From Candidatus Babeliales bacterium (GTDB lineage Bacteria > Babelota > Babeliae > Babelales > JANWKD01): a stretch of DNA of 64,000 nucleotides. Made by a program: the position numbers and the translations under genes. The stretch is taken from positions 32,001 to 96,000 of the forward strand of contig CAVXJH010000003.1 of NCBI GenBank assembly GCA_963762115.1, given 5' to 3'. The notes below the pieces were generated by a model, which saw only the letters and a list, made by a program, of their open reading frames with translations, was not told the DNA's origin and ran no database searches. Below are positions 59,207 to 64,000 of this stretch, piece by piece. Every line of letters begins with the position of its first letter. Position 1 is the stretch's first letter.

Positions 59207-61768
59207 ATGAAAAACTTCAAAAAAATAACCTTATTTTCACTCTTAAGCATCTTATTTATACCTCTTTTGGGTATGGAAAAAGGAAACCAACCCATTCTTA
59301 CCTGGGTTAAATCAAAAAATAACGATGAGTCTATTTCTTTTACAGACAACGAAAAAATGCTCAGTAATACACTGGAATATATGACTCATGGAGAAGAACC
59401 TTCGTCGCAAGATAACCCATTTCAGCTTGAGGTATCGTATAATACTCTTAATATTTGTAAGACAATCTTTAGTGGTCTTCAAACGGTGTCAGATATACCT
59501 GAAGAAGAAAAAGTATTAAATATAGCAAATTTTTTTTCACAACCACATCTCAATTACGATAAAGATGAATTCAACTTTCTTGATATACCTCTTGTGGAAA
59601 AAGCTTTTAAGCTATTATCGCAACAACAAGGCATACCAACCTCAAATAAAAAAAGGAAACGAGAAGAAGAGCAAAAAAACGCCCAGGCAAAAGAATTATT
59701 TAAAAAACAAAAAGAAGGTTTTGAGGAAGAAGAATTTGTAACTATTAAAACGGCTGATGATCAACAAGTGATAATGCCAACACGTTGGTTACGACTGTTG
59801 CCAACATTGAATAATGTTGCCGGTGATATAGAGGATAGTGAAAATATTATTTATGCTCCTATTTTTGCACAAGGTCTTACTATTCTTAAGGATATGTTTT
59901 TTGCGGTCGAAGAAGCTAAAGAAAAAATTGTTTTTAATCTTGATGAACAATGCATTGAACGTCTTGCTTGTTTAGAAAAAGAAAAAAAAGAAGAGTTAGA
60001 CAAATTAGATTTTTTATTAACAAAACAATGCGATGAATTATATGAATTATATAGTAAAAATAGTAACATAGGTCAGTTAATATCCTCATCAAAATTACAC
60101 GTTACTCCTTTGCCACAATCTGCATTTTCTCCACAAAAATTACAACTTACTCCCTTGCCACAATCTGCATTTTCTCGAGGATTAGAAGATTCTATAAAAA
60201 AATTAAAAAATGACGCACAAGAAAAAAAAGAGTTACTTATAAAGTCATTTGCAGTAAAAGAAAAATCAATCAAAGAGCAGTGTATCGGTCTAAAAAATTT
60301 CAATATTAAAAATTTCAATATTATTAAGACAGTCAAGCAACATTTTGTCAGTAAAGAGTTGTCTTTTGAAGAAATTATGAACTTAGCAATGTTAGGTGAT
60401 TTTACAGGATGTTCGGTATTATTAAAAGCTGCCATTAGTTTAGGGCGTGATCATATTTTGGCAAATCCTCGCAATGGTGATTATAAGTTTGAAGAATTAT
60501 CACATGAGATTGCAACGATATTTAATGAAAAACTACAAAAAACTATTACAAAAAGCATAGCTTCAAATATAAAATTTTTAAATGGTATTGGTGAATGTTC
60601 TTTTTCAAATGATGGGAGAATTGTTGTTCAAAATACTACTGGTTTAAATATTGTTGATTTAAAACGAAAAACAACAAGAGAGATATTTGATTACAAGCAA
60701 GGTGATATGCGAATAATAGGAGGAAAGGAACATGCACTTATAACAGCAACAGGGCATCAATCAGGTTTTATATCAATGGTAAAATTATATCAGTTTAATA
60801 CTGATGGTTCAGGAATAACAATGCAGGTAAGTTTTAATGATGACCCACTACGCTTTTATCTTTGTAATTATTCATTTGATACTGAATTAATAACGTGCCT
60901 TGGAGAAACAGTATCGCCAAGTAATAATGCAAAATTATTGTGGCATTCTTCAGATCAAGCAGTAGTTTTTATAGAAGAAAAAAGCCGCAGACATCATATA
61001 ACTTCACTATTCTTTGGCAAGAAAGAAATAGCAATACGACATGGCGCACGGGTATTACCTTATTGTTTTACTGGCGATCACCGTAAACTTATAACATGTG
61101 GCATTAATTTATGTGACCAATCACGATCTGATCAAGATAGAGAGTCGAGCATGAATTATAGTTTATGTAGAATATGGGATACAAAGACTGGGGATGAAAT
61201 TGCGACTTTAGATTATGCAATTGATAATGTACATTCCATAGCATGTTCCTCTGATGGAGAGATTTTTGCAATATTAGATGAAGATTTATTTATTTATGTT
61301 TATAACATGAAAACAAAAGAGATGATATCATGTTTTAATGCATATGGCGCAGTAGAGCAGCCAGATGATATAGATTCCTTTGATATTACACCTAATAATC
61401 AATATATCATTATTGGAGGCCGGAAGTTCAGACCTCCGTATACTTCAGGAATAAAATCAATATGGGACATAAAAAAAGGTGACAACGTTTTTAAGAATAA
61501 TAACGTTTACTCTATTCTTTGCCAGCCAGATGGTTCAATAATTATACGAAGAAGTCAAGAACATAAAATTGTTACTGACCATATTTTATATGATATACAG
61601 GCAACTCAGGTAGCATTGCGCAATTGTTCATTAGACGCATCATTGTTGATGGCAAAAATAATAAACAGTAAGGATTATTATGTATTAAGTCCTGAAGAAA
61701 AAGAGTGTTATCAAGTACTTCCAGAAGTATTAAAAAATATCGTAAACCTACATATCGCAAAAGAATAA
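59207..61768 (+). CDS. Secreted tandem Skp1/BTB-like + WD40 protein
   Basis: Signal ..LLG-ME; VTIKTADDQQV..LPTL; LAMLGDFTGC..LL; CRIWDTKTGDEIATL, IACSSDG, SIWDIKKG. Confidence 0.82.
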   Translation: MKNFKKITLFSLLSILFIPLLGMEKGNQPILTWVKSKNNDESISFTDNEKMLSNTLEYMTHGEEPSSQDNPFQLEVSYNTLNICKTIFSGLQTVSDIPEEEKVLNIANFFSQPHLNYDKDEFNFLDIPLVEKAFKLLSQQQGIPTSNKKRKREEEQKNAQAKELFKKQKEGFEEEEFVTIKTADDQQVIMPTRWLRLLPTLNNVAGDIEDSENIIYAPIFAQGLTILKDMFFAVEEAKEKIVFNLDEQCIERLACLEKEKKEELDKLDFLLTKQCDELYELYSKNSNIGQLISSSKLHVTPLPQSAFSPQKLQLTPLPQSAFSRGLEDSIKKLKNDAQEKKELLIKSFAVKEKSIKEQCIGLKNFNIKNFNIIKTVKQHFVSKELSFEEIMNLAMLGDFTGCSVLLKAAISLGRDHILANPRNGDYKFEELSHEIATIFNEKLQKTITKSIASNIKFLNGIGECSFSNDGRIVVQNTTGLNIVDLKRKTTREIFDYKQGDMRIIGGKEHALITATGHQSGFISMVKLYQFNTDGSGITMQVSFNDDPLRFYLCNYSFDTELITCLGETVSPSNNAKLLWHSSDQAVVFIEEKSRRHHITSLFFGKKEIAIRHGARVLPYCFTGDHRKLITCGINLCDQSRSDQDRESSMNYSLCRIWDTKTGDEIATLDYAIDNVHSIACSSDGEIFAILDEDLFIYVYNMKTKEMISCFNAYGAVEQPDDIDSFDITPNNQYIIIGGRKFRPPYTSGIKSIWDIKKGDNVFKNNNVYSILCQPDGSIIIRRSQEHKIVTDHILYDIQATQVALRNCSLDASLLMAKIINSKDYYVLSPEEKECYQVLPEVLKNIVNLHIAKE
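60091..60176 (+). repeat. In-frame tandem duplication with 45-nt period (KL.[VL]TPLPQSAFS x2)
   Basis: 60091..60131 and 60136..60176 nearly identical. Confidence 0.9.
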
Positions 61769-61769
61769 A

Positions 61770-61862
61770 TTGATTATTTTTCATTAAACATTTGTGGAAT
61801 GTTATAAGGCTTCCAAGGTTCTGTTGTATTACAATAGTCTTTGGTGGCCTTTTTTATTGATT
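61770..61862. repeat. Repeat copy C (intact coding 3' end of gene 61774..63060)
   Basis: Encodes KKATKDYCNTTEPWKPYNIPQMFNEK-stop on the minus strand. Confidence 0.92.
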
Positions 61863-63060
61863 TTATATGCGTAAATTCTTGTGGATAATATTCTTTAAAG
61901 AGCTTGAATACTTTAAAACAAAAATGTAATGCATGATGTCGAATTTGCATAAATTTTTTGAGATGTTCGGTATATGTTGATGGTAAACCGGTATTCATTG
62001 CAAGTAAGTTGTTAAGGGTGTTTTTTTCAGGATTATTTTTATAATATTCTCCCACTGCTGAAAAAATCATTTCGTTTATTATTTCTTGCTCTTGGTCTTT
62101 TTGATTTTCAGGCATCATTGATCCATAAAAGTGGTCTAATACCATTGCTCCATATTCTAAACAAAGGTATTCAAAATTTGAATTAAGGTAATGCATTATG
62201 GTAAAAAGATAGTTATTGAGAGTAATTTTATTTTTTTCTTGATAGCTTTTATCTTCAAGTTCTATAAATCCTTTATCATTGGGTATAAAGTGTAACTTTT
62301 TTAAAATTTTTAATTGTTGGATGCCTTGATTGAATATGTGTTGGGAAATAAAGTAATAGTTAAAAGTCTCATCATCTAATGCAGAAAATTTATTGTTATT
62401 TTTGTGCCATTGGCATGCTTCAGTTGTATATTCCATAATTTTTTTAGAGTGAAATGCCATGTCAATGAGGATTGGATATTTAATGACCATAGTTTCTATT
62501 GTTCTTTCCACTATTTTTTTGCGTGGTTGGCATCCATGTTTTAATAAAAATAAACAGGTATTTTCATAATGATGTGACAAGGCTGTTCCAAAAATATCCG
62601 CATCTGCTGACATTTCATTATCTATGCAACAACGAAATATTTTTAAAATCTCTTTATCTTGTTGGTTTGTGCATAACCTTAATAGTGTAGTAATTTTTTT
62701 TTGTTTTTTTTCTTGATCATTAGAATTTTGACGGGCAAGTGTAAGGCCTAGTGAGGGATACAATGATTGTGTTGATGAAGATTGTTGTAATAAGGTTGAA
62801 AAATATTCCGCATTTTTCCTTTTTGTTGCATGTGTTAAAAGAGGTTCAACCAGTTCATCAGGAATTTTTTTTGTTATAACAGCATGATTGAGTTGTGTGC
62901 CGGCCTGAGATGCTTCTTGTGTGAAAAAACTCGCACGACAATGTTTTTTTAAACTTAATGGCCTAGATAAGACTATTCTTTGAGTTGTATTTTCCATGCA
63001 CATGCAAGAAATTGTTCTTAAGAGTGTAATGAATAGTAATGTGTGTGTAGTGAGTTTCAT
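61774..63060 (-). CDS. Secreted hypothetical protein with SOCS/BC-box-like N-terminus and a degenerate ankyrin-like repeat
   Basis: AGGA SD; signal ..CMC-ME; PLSLKKHCRASF..IPDELVEPL; ALSHHYENTCLFLLKHG. Confidence 0.78.
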   Translation of the reverse strand: MKLTTHTLLFITLLRTISCMCMENTTQRIVLSRPLSLKKHCRASFFTQEASQAGTQLNHAVITKKIPDELVEPLLTHATKRKNAEYFSTLLQQSSSTQSLYPSLGLTLARQNSNDQEKKQKKITTLLRLCTNQQDKEILKIFRCCIDNEMSADADIFGTALSHHYENTCLFLLKHGCQPRKKIVERTIETMVIKYPILIDMAFHSKKIMEYTTEACQWHKNNNKFSALDDETFNYYFISQHIFNQGIQQLKILKKLHFIPNDKGFIELEDKSYQEKNKITLNNYLFTIMHYLNSNFEYLCLEYGAMVLDHFYGSMMPENQKDQEQEIINEMIFSAVGEYYKNNPEKNTLNNLLAMNTGLPSTYTEHLKKFMQIRHHALHFCFKVFKLFKEYYPQEFTHIKSIKKATKDYCNTTEPWKPYNIPQMFNEK

Positions 63061-63288
63061 AATGTATCCTGATTTGTTTAACTAGACTGTGCTGTGCATA
63101 GTTGATTGTATAAATGTAATGATAGCATGCTTGTTCAAAAAATAAATTTTTTCAATTAAGTGTGTTGATCGTTATTGTTAAAAGATTTACAATTGATTTG
63201 TTAAAGTAACCATTCATTTACTTTTATCAAAAAGCCGTTAGCATGAGAGCAATTTATTATCACCATTTAATGACGCAGGAGCTCTTTA

Positions 63289-64000
63289 ATTCAGCACAAA
63301 TCTTTTCTAACGTTAAGTATATTCTTAGGTTTTTTTGTTTTTGATGTATCTCTTCAAGCAATGAATCGTGAAGGTCAGCAATATCCTGTGACTTTTCCCA
63401 GACCAAATAATAATGGATCTGATAGAAGTCCTACGGCTCAATCATCTGAAAATGATATGCCTGTTAATAAAGAACAATTTTCAAGATTTGTACAAGCTGC
63501 GGTGATTGAAACATTAACTAAGTTGCATGGTGGTACGCCAATAGAAGAAAAATCATCAACTGAAGAAAAATCTCCGGGGGAAGGATTTTTTAGACCAATT
63601 TTTGATGGCGAGGACTCATCAAATTATGAAAAACTAGATTCAAATTTTGTAAGATCGCTTGTTGACCATGCTCCTGAAAAATTAAAATTCATTATTAAAT
63701 TGTATGCAAATCCTAGATCTTATGGACTTGTATCACAAAATAGTTGTTTCAAAAATAAATTTTTATTATATGGCCCTCCTGGTGTGGGTAAAAGTTCTTT
63801 AGCAAAAGCTTTTGCTGATTATTGTGATATTCCTCGTCAATTTATTGTGGCAGCATCATTACTTAATCAATATCAGCACTCAGGACAACAAAATCTTCGG
63901 CAGCTTTTTGATCCTCTTCTTGCAAAAAGAAGTAAAGATCCTAATGTTATTATTTTTGATGAATTTACTTCTGTGATAAATACAGATGAAAAAACTGGAA
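63289..64000 (+). CDS. Secreted AAA+ ATPase, runs off the window end (absent from the ORF track)
   Basis: Open frame to 64000 with Walker A LLYGPPGVGKS and Walker B VIIFDE; signal peptide ..LQA-MN from ATT 63289 (first ATG 63361). Confidence 0.88.
   Translation, partial: MQHKSFLTLSIFLGFFVFDVSLQAMNREGQQYPVTFPRPNNNGSDRSPTAQSSENDMPVNKEQFSRFVQAAVIETLTKLHGGTPIEEKSSTEEKSPGEGFFRPIFDGEDSSNYEKLDSNFVRSLVDHAPEKLKFIIKLYANPRSYGLVSQNSCFKNKFLLYGPPGVGKSSLAKAFADYCDIPRQFIVAASLLNQYQHSGQQNLRQLFDPLLAKRSKDPNVIIFDEFTSVINTDEKTG

Noticed and set aside
57917..61862. CRISPR array or true integron attC array
   Set aside because: Repeats are ~90 bp, separated by whole genes and derived from coding sequence; no cas genes, no intI, no RYYYAAC/GTTRRRY boundaries
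899..62690. Numerous 60-130 aa ORFs antisense or out of frame within long genes
   Set aside because: No SD, no recognisable motifs, fully nested in well-supported CDSs; treated as shadow ORFs
63243..63344. ATG-initiated short ORF as frameshifted start of the AAA gene
   Set aside because: The in-frame reading from ATT 63289 gives a complete signal peptide with a well-spaced SD and needs no frameshift; not fully excluded
1..64000. Prophage, IS element or defence island
   Set aside because: No transposase, integrase, phage structural, restriction-modification or toxin-antitoxin motifs recognised in any ORF

Overview
AT-rich bacterial chromosome segment. Gene content (many signal-peptide proteins with eukaryote-like Skp1/BTB, WD40, ankyrin, C2H2 zinc-finger and AAA domains between housekeeping genes) suggests a protist-infecting intracellular bacterium, most likely Ca. 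Dependentiae/Babelota (TM6). This assignment is inference, not a database result. Core genes: ppsA, galU, pheS, dnaE, phosphohexomutase, nfo, gap, rnhA, SpoIID-like, tatD, HU, serS, secD, pgsA, plsY, ATP-dependent DNA ligase, rsmG, aquaporin, and four tRNAs (Phe, Ile2, Leu, Met). No CRISPR, rRNA, integrase or transposase was seen. Most notable signals: (1) at three independent loci accessory genes are bracketed by ~75-100 bp direct duplications of the 3' end of the neighbouring gene, one of them a three-copy array, suggesting a repeatable gene-accretion mechanism with no recombinase nearby; (2) a ~125-nt structured element fused to the CCA end of tRNA genes, with at least five compensatory base-pair changes between two copies; (3) at least 13 putative effectors sharing a signal peptide that ends in [A/G/C]-Met-[E/K/N], including ubiquitin-ligase adaptor mimics and NLS-bearing zinc-finger proteins, two of them apparently starting at ATA/ATT; (4) a family of RPE-like palindromic repeats in different states of decay.
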